Positions 36,801 through 53,884 of a stretch of DNA of 64,000 bases are shown in pieces. Positions within the stretch are counted from its first letter, which is position 1; each line of letters opens with the position of its first letter. This DNA comes from the human T2T-CHM13v2.0 reference genome, Homo sapiens: assembly GCF_009914755.1 (NCBI RefSeq), contig NC_060936.1; one strand, written 5' to 3'. The translations under genes and the position numbers were made by a program. A model generated the notes under the pieces. That model had not been told where the DNA came from. It saw only the letters and a list, made by a program, of their open reading frames with translations, and ran no database searches.

Positions 36801-37948
36801 TAATTTGTTGAGTTTTTATCATGAAAGGATGTTGAATTTTGTCAAATGCTTCTGTGTATCTGTTGAACTGATCATATGGTGGTTTTTGCCCTTCATTCTC
36901 TTAATATGATGTATCATGATTTTTGATTTGGGTATGTTGAGCCTTCCTTGGATCCCTGGGATGAATCTCACTTGATCTTGGTGAATAATCTTTTTTAATG
37001 TGCTATCGAATTCAGTTTTTTAGCATTTCTTTGAGGATTTTTGCATTTATATTCAGCAAGGATAGTGAATTATCATTTTATTTTTGCTATATCTTTGTCT
37101 GATTTTGATATTATGGTAATTATGGCCTTATAAAGTAGGTTTTCAAGTATTCCTTTCTCTTCAGTTTTTTGGAAGAGTTAAGTCATCAGTTTCTGTAGGC
37201 AGCACATAGTTGGTTTTGATTGTCTATCCATTCAGCCATTATATATCTTTTGATAGGAGAATTTACATCATTTAAATTCAAGGTTATGACTGATAGGTTA
37301 GGACTTCTGACTGTAATTTTGTTAATTGTTTTCTATTTGCTTTGTAGATCTGTTGTTTTTTTCTTTTTTTCTTTCTGTTTGTCTCTATTTGTGGTTAAAT
37401 GATTTTTCTTTTGTGGTATGTTTTAATTTCTTGTGTTTCATTTATTTTTTAAATCTACCATAGATTTTGCTTTGTAGTTACTATGATGCTTACAATAAAC
37501 ATCTTATAGTTAAAATAGATTATTTTAAGCTGATAATAACTTAACTTTGATTGCCAACAAACACCCACAATGAAAATCTCTATGCATTTCCTCAGCTGTC
37601 CACCTAACATTTAAAATTTTTAATGTTACCATTGTAATCTTTCTATATTGTATATCTCTTAACAAATTACTGTAGTTATTATTTTTAGTTTTGTCTTTTA
37701 ATATCATTTATGTTAAAGTTATAAGTGATTTACACACTACCATTTACAGTATTAGAGTATTCTAAATTGGACTATGTACTTACTTTTACTAATTAGTTTT
37801 ATACTTTCAGATATTTTTGTCTTACTCATTAGTAAGTAAGCTATTTCTTCAGCTTGAAGAACTTTGTTTGGCATTTATTATAGGACAAGTCTGGTGGTGA
37901 TAAAATCCCTCAGCTTTTGTTTATCTGATTTATCTCTTCTTCATTTCT

Positions 37949-38269
<321 letters not shown>

Positions 38270-38330
38270 TCTTCTTCATTTCTCAAGCACAGTTTTGCTG
38301 GGTACGATATGCTTGGTTGGTAGTTCTCTT

Positions 38331-38670
38331 CTTTTTTTTTTAACTTTTAAGTTCAGGGGTACAAGTGCAGGTTTGTTACATAGATAAACTCATGCCATGG
38401 GGATTTGTTGTACAGATTATTTCATCACCCAGGTATTAAGCCTAGTGCCCATTAGTTATTTTTCCTGATATTCTACCTCCTCCCATCCGCCACCCTCCAA
38501 AAGGCCCCAGTGTGTGTTGTTCCCCTCTATGTGTCCATGTATTCTCATCACTTAGCTTCCACTTATAGGTGAGAATATGCAGTATTTGGTTTTCTGTTCC
38601 TGTGTTCATTTGCTAAGGATAATGGCTTCAGCTTCATCCATGTCCCTGCAAAGGACATGTTCTCATTCTT
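38331..38670 (-). mobile_element. L1PA (about PA11-13) 3' fragment nested in the L1M
   Basis: 'aagttcaggggtacaagtgcaggtttgttacatag…acagattatttcatcacccaggtattaagcctag'. Confidence 0.88.
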
Positions 38671-40499
38671 TGAGCACTTTTAATATTTTATCCCACTCTT
38701 TTCTGGCCTGTAATGTTTCTTCTGAGAGTCTGATGCTAGGTGTATTAAAACTCTCTTATATGTTATTTGCTTCTTTTCTTGGGCTCCCTTCAGAATTTCC
38801 TTTTTGTTTTTTAGTTTTGATAATTTGATTATAATATGGCTTAGGCTAGTATTATTTGAATTTAGCCTGATTGAAGACCTTTGACCTTCCTTGATCTGGA
38901 CATTTATATTTTTCTGCATATTTGAAAGGTTGTCAAATATTATTTCAATTCCAGAATTTGTTTAATTTTTTTTAAAAAATTACTATTACTATTTCAGTCT
39001 CTCTGTTAAATTTCTAATTCTGGTCATTTACTTTTCTTGTTCCACATTGCTTTGAATTATTTCTCTGTATTTACTTGAAATATATTGAATGTCCTTTAAA
39101 CAGTTATTTTGACCTCTTTGTCATACCATTCATACATCTCCATCTCTTTAGAGTCAGCCCCTAGCACTTTATTGTATCTGCCTGGTTATATCATGTCTCC
39201 CCAATTGTTTCTGATCCTTATAAACATTTTTTGATGTCTACTGATTTGAAGAAGTATGTATTTCTTCCAGTCTTGAAGTCTGGCTTTGTCTGAGAATGCC
39301 CTTCAACAGTAAACATGTTCAGAGATTCTGAGCAGATCATCTGGTGTGATCCCTATACCAAGGACCACTGTGGCTATTTCAATGCTATGGAGTGCCCTAA
39401 GCTGAGACCCACCATGACTAGCATGGGGCAGAGCTGGAATCTTATGGCCACTGAGACTGACTCAGTACTAAGGTGTTCTTGAAGCCTACAGCTGCTGCGT
39501 CCTGCATATTGCTATGGTTTTACAGGTACCCAAGTCTCTCATAGTTGGCTGTGGTGATGAAAACTGCAGATAGAGCCCATTTTGCAGGAACTATGGGTTC
39601 CTGTATGGCACTGGAACAGATCTGGCTCAGTCCACTGGTATCAACCTGGAGTCAGAGGTCATGGAGATCCACCTGATGCTGGGTTTTACTGTGGCAGGCC
39701 CAATGTTAGATTCCAAGGAAAAATCCTATGCTTACTTTTCTCTTTCCCTTAAGCAGATGGTATTTCTCTCCACACTGTGCTGCTTGAAAGTGGGGTAATG
39801 GGTAATGTGGGTAATGTAAAACTGGTCTTTCTACTCTCTTCAATGCATTTAAAAAAAATTATTGTGCTATATTCAGGTACTTTCATCTCTCAGCTGGTCT
39901 CCTTAGCCCTTGTGAAGATAGATTTGTGCATGAATAATTGTTCAAATTGATGTTTCTGTCAGGGGATGATTGCTGGGGAGTACCATTTTGCCATCTTGCT
40001 CCACCTTCTTCTAAAGTGCTCTCATTTCAATTAAACTATCTTCCCTTTGTATTCAGCCCATTGGGTTGAACAGTGCTTTTTTCTGCTTATATTACATGTT
40101 CATTAGCATTGCATGCATGTTAACACTCTTTTACTCTATAAATTCTATTTTATGGTCACATATTTTCTATGCACATGGTCTCACTTATTAAATAGTAGTG
40201 ATAATTGGCTTATTACAAACAAAGTAAATTATAAATGGTTATGGGTAATTTAGAGAGTTGTTCCTTGGAGAGTTGTACATTATTCAGTTTTTCTATACCT
40301 ACAAACATATAATCTGATCATTTAATAACTCTTAAAAGTTTGTTATTATAGAATAATATAATACTTCAAATAATTTTTAAAAAACATTAACCACAAATAT
40401 TAAAATATATAAGACATATAAAAATGTTAGCTGCTTTTATAACTTTGGAATGAATTTTAAATCTATAGAAGCCTGAATAAAGGACTCCTTTATAGTCCA

Positions 40500-41016
40500 T
40501 ATGCTTGTTTTCTATTGCTGAATTCCATGTCCCACAAATTTATCAACTGGAAACAATACTCACATATTAATTACTGCCTTTTTATGCCAAAAGTTCACCA
40601 AGATGTGTCTAGGTTTGTGCTGCTCAGGATATCATAAGACTGAACTCAAGGTGTCAATCAGGCCTGAGCTTTCCTCTGAAGGTGCTGGGAAAGAATCTGC
40701 TTCTAAGCTCATTTGGGTAGTTGGCAGAATCCCATTCCTTGCAGTTATAATGAGATACCTAGAGTTTTGCTTCTAGAGCGTTCCTAAAGGTCACTCTCAG
40801 GTTTTTTTCCATATAGCTTTGTTCAACTTCAAACCAGACATGGCATATCAAATTTGTTTCCTCTTTCAAATCTCTCTTTGACATTTGTGCAACCAGTGCC
40901 ATATAACTTAGTCATGGGAGTAAAATCCACCATGTTCACTGTCTTGAGGATTATGCAAAGCTTTTACACAGAAGTGTTTGGGGGGTTGGTGAAAATTTAG
41001 AATTCTGATTACCACA
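40500..41016 (-). mobile_element. MLT1 (E-like) solo LTR
   Basis: 'gaatctgcttctaagctcatttgggtagttggcagaatcccattccttgcag…ttagaattctgattaccaca'. Putative TSD gtcca/gtccc. Confidence 0.75.
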
Positions 41017-41378
41017 GTCCCCAATTGGAAAAGGTTACCTCTAAATTTCAAAGCATACCTTTTTTTTTTCTCCGTAACTAAAAATATTCTTGTATATCTT
41101 TTCATATGATATGTAGTCATATTCTGCCAATTTTTGCAGAGTTAACATTTTCAGACTGGCTAAAGATGAATGATGTTTCTACCATTTCAGTGTATATTTG
41201 TGACTTTTTAAAATATGTGCACATAAGCATCTGAAGCACTTTTAATAAATCTTAATAATTAAAATTTGCTGATATCTTGGCTACATAAACTGAATATTTA
41301 GAGAATCAAGAAAAAGACTACATATATATTGATGAAATCTATCACTGCTGGGTTTTCACATAAAATATTTTAAGATCA

Positions 41379-41743
41379 AGTATTAGTCTGCTCAGGCTGC
41401 CGTAACAAAGAACTACAGACTAGGTAGCTTAAACAATGAAAATTTATTTCCTCACAGTTCCAGAGGCTGAAAGTCCAAGATCAAGGTGCCAACAGGGTTG
41501 ATTTATTTCGAAGCCTCCCTCCCTGACATAAAGATAGCCACTCTCCTGCTGCCTCTGTACCTTTGCTTATAAGAAAATGAGTCATATTGGATTAGGGTAC
41601 ATCCTCATGGCCTAATTTTAATTTAATCATCTCTCTTCTTAATTACCTTTTAGACCCTATCTCCAAATATAGTCACATTCTAAGGTACTGGATATTAGAG
41701 CTTTAACATATGAATTTGGGGGGATGCAATTCAGTCTATAATA
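41379..41743 (-). mobile_element. MLT1A-type solo LTR
   Basis: 'gtattagtctgctcaggctgccgtaacaaag…cacagttccagaggctgaaagtccaagatcaagg…tatgaatttgggggg'. Confidence 0.85.
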
Positions 41744-42138
41744 GATTCTGAATAAAACTTATCATAAGAACCTTTATTTTTTATAAACATAGTGCTGTGA
41801 GGCCCACAATTATCAAACTAGTGAGAAGACCCATCATGTGTGATGAATTTTCTTTCTGTATATACCTATAGATGACTATCAAGATAATAAAGTGATATCT
41901 GGGATGGATGTTTTCCCCAGAATATTTTATTTAGATTTAGTCATTCTTATGTTCTTATTAAAAAATCACTCACATGCAAATTGTTCCAGTTTTCAGAAAA
42001 TATAAAATACATATTTTCTAAAATATGAACTAAAGTCATCACTATAAGAAAATGATTTTTATAGATAGAAAAGTCCTGTGTTGATCTGTGCCTCCATGTA
42101 AAATAGGAAAGAAAAGTAAACATTAAAGAACGAGCAAT

Positions 42139-42559
<421 letters not shown>

Positions 42560-42825
42560 TCATAAACTGAGGTTATTGACAAAATAAATATAATCAGGAC
42601 AATTGGGAAATAGTTTAAGAAAAATATCCTTTTTAATATGAAGTATATTATTATGCCTTTTAACTAAGTAGGCCATATTCCTTTTATTTCAAATTAAATA
42701 GGTAGATGGTGAAGAATTTATTGTTATTTCCAGAGTCATGGAAGAGTAGTTACCAAAAGTCCCTCTTGTGGACAAAAGCCCAAAGACTGAATTAGTAACC
42801 ATTAAATGGCTATGATATACCCAGT

Positions 42826-43288
42826 TGCATCTGTTTGCTGTTGCCACTGTAACAAATTACCACAAATTTAAAGGCTTACAATAGCACAAATTTATTATCT
42901 TTCAGTTCTGGAGCCTAGAAATTTAAAATAAAATGTATGGGCTTAGAACAAGGCTGTTTTTTCCGAGACTCCAAGGGAGAATCTGCTTCTTGACTCTTCT
43001 ACTTTTAGGGGATTCTATCCTTCCTTGACTCCTGGCTACATCACTCCATTCTCTGTTTCTGTGGTCACATTGGTTTCTCTACTGTTGTCAAATCTACCTA
43101 CCTCTTATAATATTTTCTCTTTGTGATTATACTTATGGCCCATGCAAACAATCCAGAATAATCTTTTCATCTCAAAATCTTTAACTTAATCACATCTGCA
43201 ATGTTATTTTTGTTACATAGGGTAACAGTCACATATTCTTGAGTTTAAAGTGTAGACATCTTAGGGAGCCATTATTCAGCCTATCATA
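42826..43288 (-). mobile_element. MLT1C/D-type solo LTR
   Basis: 'ctgtaacaaattaccacaaatt…cagttctggag…ttaacttaatcacatctgca…attattcagcctatcata'. TSD ccagt/ccact. Confidence 0.85.
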
Positions 43289-44680
43289 CCACTGCTGTTC
43301 TGTAGTACTGCTCGAGATGTCAAAAAGAAAGAGATAAGTCCTCCATGGGTTTATAATATAACTGGAAAGACAAAAGAAGTCTTCCTTATCGAATAAAGAA
43401 TACTTTATGCAGGATGAGGCCAGCAATAAGAAAAAAATATTTCATAGTTTAAAGAATGAAGAAATCAATTGGAAGAGACTTGGAAAAATACATGAGCAAA
43501 GACAGGAGAGGTAGAGTAGGCATGTCTTAGAAGACAGTTTCATAGAACTGGATTTCTAAGGTAGAGCAAACACTTGTAGGATGGAAACATGTAGTGCCTT
43601 CTACATTGTCAAGTACACGGGTAGGCAATACGCAAATATCTATATGAAAAATAATAGATGATTGGTTAAAATTGGAATGAATGAATATATGAATAAATGG
43701 ATAATTAAATTGATTATATACAGATTATGAAAAATTATGTGAATTAATCTTCATAAAGTTCTGTTATCATTATGTAATTTGTTAGAATAAGTTGTATCCG
43801 TAACTTAAGGGGCAACGGTGAAACCAACAGAAAATCCTAGAAGACGCATCCTAACATCTTGATACAATGATACAGCCTTGGGTGCCTAAAAGGTATTTGC
43901 TACATGTAAAGTTTAGCACTGAGAATTTCTTAAATATGCTTTCCTTTTAAATATCTTGATCACCAAGGATGATATCTCTTGAAAGCTGCTGTTCAGCTCA
44001 GTGTGTATACATCTCATATAAAAGGGTCAGTTTAAGAAATGTGAAGGTCAGAAAAACACAGAATGGAAATGAGAAACAGAAAGGTATAATATTTCATTAA
44101 AAATATATCAATGCCTCTGAAAAGTAAGAACAGGAGAAAAAGTTTCAAATTGATTAGGAGCAGCTCAAGAAAGTTACTGCTGTCAACTCTTTTTAGAAGG
44201 CAATGTTGGGCAACAGATGAGATGGCATATAAGTTTATATATGTGTGTCTGTGTGTGTGTATATATATATGTATACAATTTATATTAAATTTTAGAGTAC
44301 TGCCAAATGATAATTAGAACTATATACAGAGCTGTCTAAAATCTTGTTTGTGTTTCTCTCAGTGCGCTGTGTTTTCAGTGTTTGTTCATGGAAATAGTAT
44401 GTTTTGTGAAAACAATACATGAATATAGTGGCCATGATTTAAAGTTAAATTTCTTTTTGCATTTTTCTTTGACATATAACTGAAATTAAAATGATTTTAT
44501 ATGTTTTAGAGATAATGAAAAACTAATCTGTTTCCTCTGAGAATACAATACCCTTGCAATGAATGGTCACTGTGTTGGAAATCAGATCTGGATTGTGAGT
44601 TGCTGGCATCTTCATTGGTTTTATTGAGTGATATTTCATCCCTCATTTATAAATGTAAATCAGTTACAGTGTTTGGGGGT

Positions 44681-45019
<339 letters not shown>

Positions 45020-46879
45020 TCATTAAATTTACTAGAAGGAAAAGCCACTGTCTGTAATCATTACAGTTGTTCAATGAATATTTATTTTGAAGTTTTCTTC
45101 TGAAGAAAACTTAAACCATAAGCAAGTTTTACAGTTCGTTTTAAAAATATAGATTATGGTTTATTAACTTACATTACATTTTTCCCACCCCATATTGGCT
45201 TGTAATATTTTTCCCCAAAGAAGTGGAATTGAAACTTGACTCAGTTTGGAGGTGTTCACTAATGATCTCTTGAATCATTTCCTTCTCCACAGTTTTTATT
45301 CCTCTATATTAGAAAGCATACAGCATATTGCCAATTTTTCACTAATGATGCATGAAACGTAATGAGTTGAATGGGCCTCCAAAGTATTACATGAATGGCC
45401 TTCAGTATGTTGTTTCACTGTGGTCTCCAAACTCATATTCCATAATTGCAAGGAAATAATTTTTAACTTTGCAATCACTCAACCGAATAGCATACTACAA
45501 TTGTACTACCTGCTATTCCAATTTGGCTATCAAATTTTTATCAACATGTAAGCACAACTATCTTATTCAGCTTTGTATCATACAAGTATTAGGTTAAATG
45601 AAATTAACATGTACTAATTATTCTGAAAAATAATTAATTAAAATAGACTACAACAAAGCAAACATATATTTTTGCCCTTTCGGTTCATTTTATGATATGT
45701 ATTTTTCTAATTTCTACTTTATATCACTTATTATATCTGAAATTATCTTGTTTGTTTATGAACTGATTGTCTGTATTCTTCTCTAGAATGTAATCTCCAT
45801 GATCAAAGGGTGCTTCTCTGTTTTGTTTAGTGTTATATCTTCAATGTTTCGATTTTTCTGGTTTTGTAGTTGAGTTTTAAATGCAGAAAGTGTGAGTCCA
45901 AATTATAGGCTTTTAATAGTCATTTGGTATCTTCTACCATAGAATGTTAGATTTTAAATCAGTGTTTAATCACAAATTTAATAGTTCTAAAAATTATGGG
46001 ACTATTTTACTAATAGTAGTAAACAATAAATATACTTACTAAGATATGAATAGTCACTAAGATACAGTAAGTCACATTTTTATCAACTTATGGGTATCCT
46101 GTGTCCATTGTAATCATTTTCTGAGTCAAATGAAGATTTAGTCATTTAATTTTAAAAATTTATCAAAATTACGCAAGACAATGTGTTCTGTCTGCATGGG
46201 CTTAGGGTAAGACACCAACCTTGCTTTAAGAATGTACTCTAGAGAGGAAGGTAAGATAAAAGCACAACTAGTTATAAATGTAAGAAATTTGCAGGTAGTT
46301 AGAAAAAAGTGAAACACATATTCAAATTATAAAACTATCACTTGCCTTTGGGAGAAAGGCATCTTGAAGGAAGTCACAGTGATTTTAAGGTATCTTGGGA
46401 TGTGCAAGTGATCTATAAGTAAAGATGGGGAAGTGAAACATGGAGAAAGGAAAGAGATATTGGAAGATATTGAATGTATTACAGAATAAGCTATGTTGGA
46501 GCCACGTGTCAGATAAGGTTAGGAGAAAGGTTTGGATATTATTGTAACAAATTCTACAATTCCACACAAACAAATTTTATTTAATTTGTTATGAAATAGA
46601 GAATCATTGAAAGTTTATGATCATGAAGGAAATTGTAAGAATTCTGCTTTTGAATGATTAGTATTACCATGATTAGCAGTTTTGACAGAACTGAAATATA
46701 ACTTGAGGTAGAAGAACAGGTAGTTGGTGGCTGAAATTGTTTGGGTGAAGTATGATGCATTGTTGAAATAAAAACAATAGCTCTGAAAATGGAAAGAAAG
46801 GTATATTTAGTAAATATAAAATTAGGTATCCCTCGAGTTGAGGTATGGATAAGGTCTTTTTGTTATTATTGTTGTTGTA

Positions 46880-47030
46880 GTGGTGGTGGTAAGAGCACTT
46901 AACATGAGATCTACCAGCTTAACAAATTTTTATAGGTATAATACCACATTGTATATGAGGACAATGTTGTACAGAAGATTTCTAGGACTAATTATTGTGT
47001 ATAAATGAAATTTTATCCCTATTGAACAGG
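46880..47030 (-). mobile_element. L1MA (about MA9-10) 3' terminal fragment
   Basis: 'gtggtaagagcacttaacatgagatctacc…ttaacaaattttt…acaatgttgtacag'. Confidence 0.75.
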
Positions 47031-47248
47031 GATAAAGTCTTGAACTAATTCTCAACTAGGAACCCACTTCTGACATTGGCCAATGGAAAAAAAAATTTTC
47101 TATAGTGGAATTCTTTAGCGAAACTGTCTCATTTAGTGTATCATTTTGTGAAGCTTCTAAATAAAGGTAGTGGTATATAGATATTCATTTTTGTGCCTAT
47201 TATTGCTGCTGCAAAGGATACAAATTAATATTTTTATAAAAATTCTCA

Positions 47249-47558
<310 letters not shown>

Positions 47559-48794
47559 TTATTTCGTATGTGTATTAAATCTAGGGATACAAACAGTCAC
47601 GAATCTGTTGCCATATTACATCATATTTTGTCTGTATTCAACATTTATTGTTGACCTAGTAGGAATTTTAATGATCATGAAAAATGTGTTTGTTAGCATT
47701 AATTGAGTGGTATGGTATAACATTGGCAGACCCCTCTCTTTTCCTGAAACCTCGAATTTCTAATTTGTCAAGTTATTAGTAGTATTATAAATTTTATTAT
47801 TTATATTGGTTAAACTTAAGGTAAGTCTTTCCAGGAACCTTACCTCCCAGGACAACATGTCTCCTCCTTCTGATACAGAAGCCCATGAGGTGATAACTTA
47901 AAGCTCTAGCTCCTCCCCTTCCATACTTTTCACATTGCTTAGTCTTCTTCATCATAAGTTTTGACCATAATATCTCAGTCACTCTAAACTTCCAGATATA
48001 GAAGAAACACTAGAAGGTTTTGCTTAAGAGCTAAGAATATACTTTTCTTTTTCTTGAAATGTCCATTTGCCCAATCTTTTCAAATCTTTTCATTCCATCA
48101 TTTTTTTTAAATGAGAGTAGTTTTCTGATTTCTTTATAAAACCATAATTTCAGAACAATTGGCAGACTCCACCCCCAGGGCACTCCATGAAGGTATTGAA
48201 ATGCCCTGGGCTTGTTAGATCATATCAATTTACACTGGCTCCCGGGTTATTGGGAACTAAGCACTTATGTCTTTGACATGAGAACACTTTATTTCCCTGA
48301 GGCTCAATCTTACCACTTTCAATCCATGGTCAGATAATCTTGGTCTTTTATAATTAGCCCATGCCTTAGTTGGTTACTTTAAGTTCTAAAACTGAATAAA
48401 GTTATCCAGATGAATTTATTAAATCATAGAATATGAATAAAGCTTTTCCTCATAGTGTATGGTGAGATAGTTTAGCAAAAAGATGCAATACGCTTAAATA
48501 AAAGACTCATTTAAATAAAATGATTATATTTAATGAATAACCAAAGAAGGAGTAACAGTACCATCTAGCATGTAATGAATAATAAGTATTCGTATTACCC
48601 AGTTAACTAGAAAACCTAAGAAACAAAATTTGTGTCTTTTTTCCTGTGGACAACAAAATCAATAGGGCAATAATTCTAGCCAAAATAAACAAAACATTAT
48701 GAAACAACTGACTTAGAGAGTTATCGACTATGGACATGTCTTCAAAACAAAACTAACAGATAAAAACACTGTACTATTTCTCATATACAGCTAT

Positions 48795-49095
48795 AGAGGC
48801 AAAGTTTTCATGACAAATCACAGCAAAAGCACAAATTGGCAAATGGGTTCTAACTAATTTTAAGAGCTTCTGCACAGCAAAATAAACTAGCAACAGAGTA
48901 AACAGGCATCCTACAGAATGGGAGAAAAGTTTTGCAAACTATGCATCTGACAAAGGTCTAATATCTAGCATCTGTAAGAAACTTAAATTTACAAGAAAAA
49001 ATGCATTAAAAAGCGGGCAAAATACATGAACAGACACTTCTTGAAAGAAGACATACATGTTGCCGACAAGCATATGAAAAAAAGCTCAATATCAA
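48795..49095 (+). mobile_element. L1PA/L1P ORF2 internal fragment
   Basis: 'aagagcttctgcacagcaaaa…cctacagaatgggagaaaagttttgcaaactatgcatctgacaaaggtctaatatc'. Confidence 0.85.
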
Positions 49096-49383
49096 TATCG
49101 TTCTGGGACAACAAAAACTTTATTGATCATATATCTAATATCGGAAATTTAATTTGCATATTTATGCTATTTTGATGACTCTGCAATCAGTATCTTCCAT
49201 ATACAAACTTTTGCTATTTTTAAATTTTTCCTTAATATGAAGTGTGAAATAACTGAATCAAGACATAAGAACTGTGTATCCTTTAAAATATTTGGTCATA
49301 TACCTATGCATAATTTATAATGCCCATAGCAGCCTGAGAATTTATAGTTTTTGTGCAATTTCACAAGAATTTTAAGGTTGTTA

Positions 49384-50064
<681 letters not shown>

Positions 50065-50898
50065 TTATTTCATTTCTAAGATGATTAAACAAGTTTCCTT
50101 ATGTTTACCATTTTTATACTTTGAATGTGGAGATGGGGTGAAGATGTGAAGATGTGTGGAAAAGATAATACAACAGTTTGAAATTAAAAACAGATACATG
50201 ATTCCTTTTAACACAACCTTATCATAAGACTAATTCCAAACTGAATGTTATCCATTCAATCCAATGATTAAATAGAGAAAATAGCAAATATAGTTAACAT
50301 TATTTTGTAGGTTTATTGGCAAAATAGTTGATCCCTGTGTCAAGTTCTGTAAAATTAATTAGTAGTCAATGATAAAGGTATTCAAACAGAATACTCATTT
50401 AATCATTAGTAAATCAAAGTACTATTTACTATACTCATTCTCCAAATTCTGATTTCTTTATTAATGCTTTATTAATATGGAAATTGGAAACAAAATCACT
50501 CAAGTATAGTTATATATTAGGTGATACAATTATATTATGTTTTGCTTTATTTGAGACATTCTGTTTTCATTAATTACTAGGCATATAGGGCCTAATATTT
50601 TAAAAATTTCCATTATTCAAGTTATTATTCTATCAGATTACTTTTTTCATTTTGTCTATATTTTCCAGAGTTATTATATTTGTATGTTTGTAAGCAAGAT
50701 AAACAAAATTAATCATATATGCTTCTTTGAATTTTTAGGTAGATATTAAGAATAAGGGAAAAATGTATGCATGACTTTGATTAACAGGAAGCTCTGTACC
50801 TCAGCCAGAGACAAAACAACATGTATTAAATTATATACAAAAAAAAATTACTTTAAGTAGAAATGTATTGCTGCTGGAAATATCATTTAAAAACTTTG

Positions 50899-51229
<331 letters not shown>

Positions 51230-52519
51230 TCAGTCACATAATTTCCTGTTTCTATTACATTTAATCAACCATTTTGTCAAAAACTGTTAATGTTGCCCAA
51301 ATCTTTTAAATTAATATAAGTGGTCATTTGGATAATGATTATACCTGAGAGAATAATAAATTTTTATTTTTTTCTTGTGGTTCAGCAGTGGATCAAGAAC
51401 AAGTTGTGATAATTGCTCAATCAGTTATGACTAAAAACTTTTTCAGGGAATAAAAACCTTTTCACTTTTTTCTTACTATTGTTCATTTGGCATGGAACAA
51501 ACAAGAGATCTGGCTGACAACATATTTGCTGAGTAATAAATCTTAGTATTACTGATGATAATGTTTCCAGGCATTATATGCTTCTTATTATGGTACAAAA
51601 TAAGGTATACAACACCACCTAGTTAGACTATTCTTGCCAAAAATATTTAATTTGAGTCCAGTCAAGCCTTTAGGTCTTATTTTTAGTTTATAAGAAAATT
51701 ACAGAACAAATTAGAAAATTCCTGTGTTAGGTATTGACTATTATTTTGGATAACAAAGTGTAGATCATTGCATTTGTTTTGCAGTTGTTATCGTTTTGCC
51801 CTCTTCTCATTCATTGCCAAGCATAACACCTTATAAAAAATCATTGTTTAATAAATTAAGATTTGGATTATTATGGAATTTAAGGCTTATATATATTATC
51901 TAATTTGAAACACACCACAACTTTTGGAAGCAGTTATAGTTGTACCCCTTCCAACATGAACCTAGAAGTCTGGGAGAAAAACAGTGCTCTATCTTCCAAA
52001 ACATACTGAACTTATTAAATTAGACATTTCTGATAAACTACTCAGTTGGTTGAGATGGAGTAAGGTTGAAGTGTTAATGAGCTCAGTGTGCTGGAGGATA
52101 CATCTGTAAAACTAGTTATTTGGCATCAGCTATATGAAATGTCACAGCAATTTTTGAACCATTTAGTTAGTTTGAACATCATCTTTAAGACATTCTTTCA
52201 AAATAGGAATTTCAACTATGTACAAGACAATTTTTTAAGGTGTAGAAGAACCAAGAGTGAATAAAATGGCCCTACCCTCATACAGCTTACATTCTCATGT
52301 GGAGAAAACAAATCTTAAACTATTTTTTAAAGTACATGTAGAATTTGTCATATGGTGATACGTTTTATAGAAAAAAGTTAACTGGACAACTAAATGAAGG
52401 GATAAGTGATGGAGAAGGCAGAACAGAACTATATGACTCAGGTGATTAGAGAAGGCTTCTCTTTTAAGAGATCTGAAGTGTGACTGAAATACATCAGGAA
52501 TTGAACCATGAAAATGACT

Positions 52520-52520
52520 T

Positions 52521-52557
<37 letters not shown>
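52520..52557. repeat. (AAAAC)n microsatellite
   Basis: Read directly from the sequence. Confidence 0.9.
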
Positions 52558-52558
<1 letters not shown>

Positions 52559-53441
52559 CGCTTCCCAGGCAGAGGAAACCGTAATTGCAGAGACTCATGG
52601 CAACATGGGCTTACCATGCTGGGAAAATGAACAAGAAAAACACGTTGTTGAAGTGGAGTGAACCAGGGAAAAAACAGTAAGACAGAATCAGAGAGGCAAC
52701 TGCGGGCCAGATCATCAAGAACTTTGGAGGGCATTTTAAATACTTCAAATCTGAGTGAAATGGGAAGCCATTGGAGGGTTTTGTGGTAAGTTATGAAATC
52801 TGTTTTTTGTTTAGTACTTTAAAAAAACATTTATTCCTAATTATCTGGTGGTGGTGGTGGTAGTGGAAAGACCTGAAGCAGTAAGATCCTCCATGAAAGA
52901 GGCTCTCATGGATTGGACCAGGTGGTTAGTGGTGGAGGTATTGAAAAATAGATTCTGGATATATTTTGAATGTAAGCTCTAAGGGAACTTACCAAATGAT
53001 CAAATATGTGGGAGGACATATGAGTGAAATTAAGCCAAACTTCTAATATTTGGAATTTAGGTTCCTAGAAGGATGAACCTGGCTTTCACTGGATGTCCTC
53101 ATTGTGAAAAACCCGATTGTGAATAATCGGGTTTTGGCAGGGAAGAATCAGGATTTCAGCTATGAGCATGGTACACTTGATTTGCTTTTTAAGCATACCA
53201 GAGGCAACATCAAGTAGGTAATTAGATATTATGAGTCTAGATTTCAAAAGAGCAGACTAAATATAAACTTTGGAGTTATTAACATGTAGTTGGTACTTAA
53301 ATCCGTGAGACCTGATAAGATGAGCCAGGGGTGGGAATAGAAAGAGGGGAGTTCTGAAGATGAAGCCGGAGACATTCGATTTGAGAGACAGAAAAGATGA
53401 GGGGAAAACCAGCAAAAGAGATTGAAAGGAGCATCAGAAAA

Positions 53442-53884
53442 TTCAGGGAGCCAAAGGCCTGTGGGATCGTGACCAACTCAGCATTCCACTGGAGGCTATA
53501 TGATCAAACAGCAAACTGTTGATCATGAATGCAGGATGTGAGCAAATCACACTGCGCCTGCCACCAAAAGGTTTGCTGAGGGCCTCACACTCCCTGGCAC
53601 CGGGCTCCTTGAAGTTATCTACTGAGAAATCCAGCACTTATTGCAGTCTTGCAAGCCTGCTGTGAACCAAACAGCCGGCTGACAATTACCTGACAATCAC
53701 CCCCGCTTTCTTGCTATCTCTTTTGTGTAATAAATATGGAGGTCTGTGTAAAGCTCAGGGCCCTTGTCCACTAGAGGCAACGTGCCCCCTGACCCCATCT
53801 TCCAAATATACTCTCTTGTCTTTGAATTTTATTCCCGCTTTCGCCACCCTTTGTTCAGTCCACCAAGGATCCTGGCAGGTTACA
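53442..53884 (+). mobile_element. HERV-K (HML-6) solo LTR, LTR3 family
   Basis: 'gggatcgtgaccaactcagcattccactggaggctatatgatcaaacagcaaactg' is the LTR3 signature; ends …GGTTACA. Perfect 6-bp TSD AGAAAA at 53436-53441 and 53885-53890. Confidence 0.88.
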
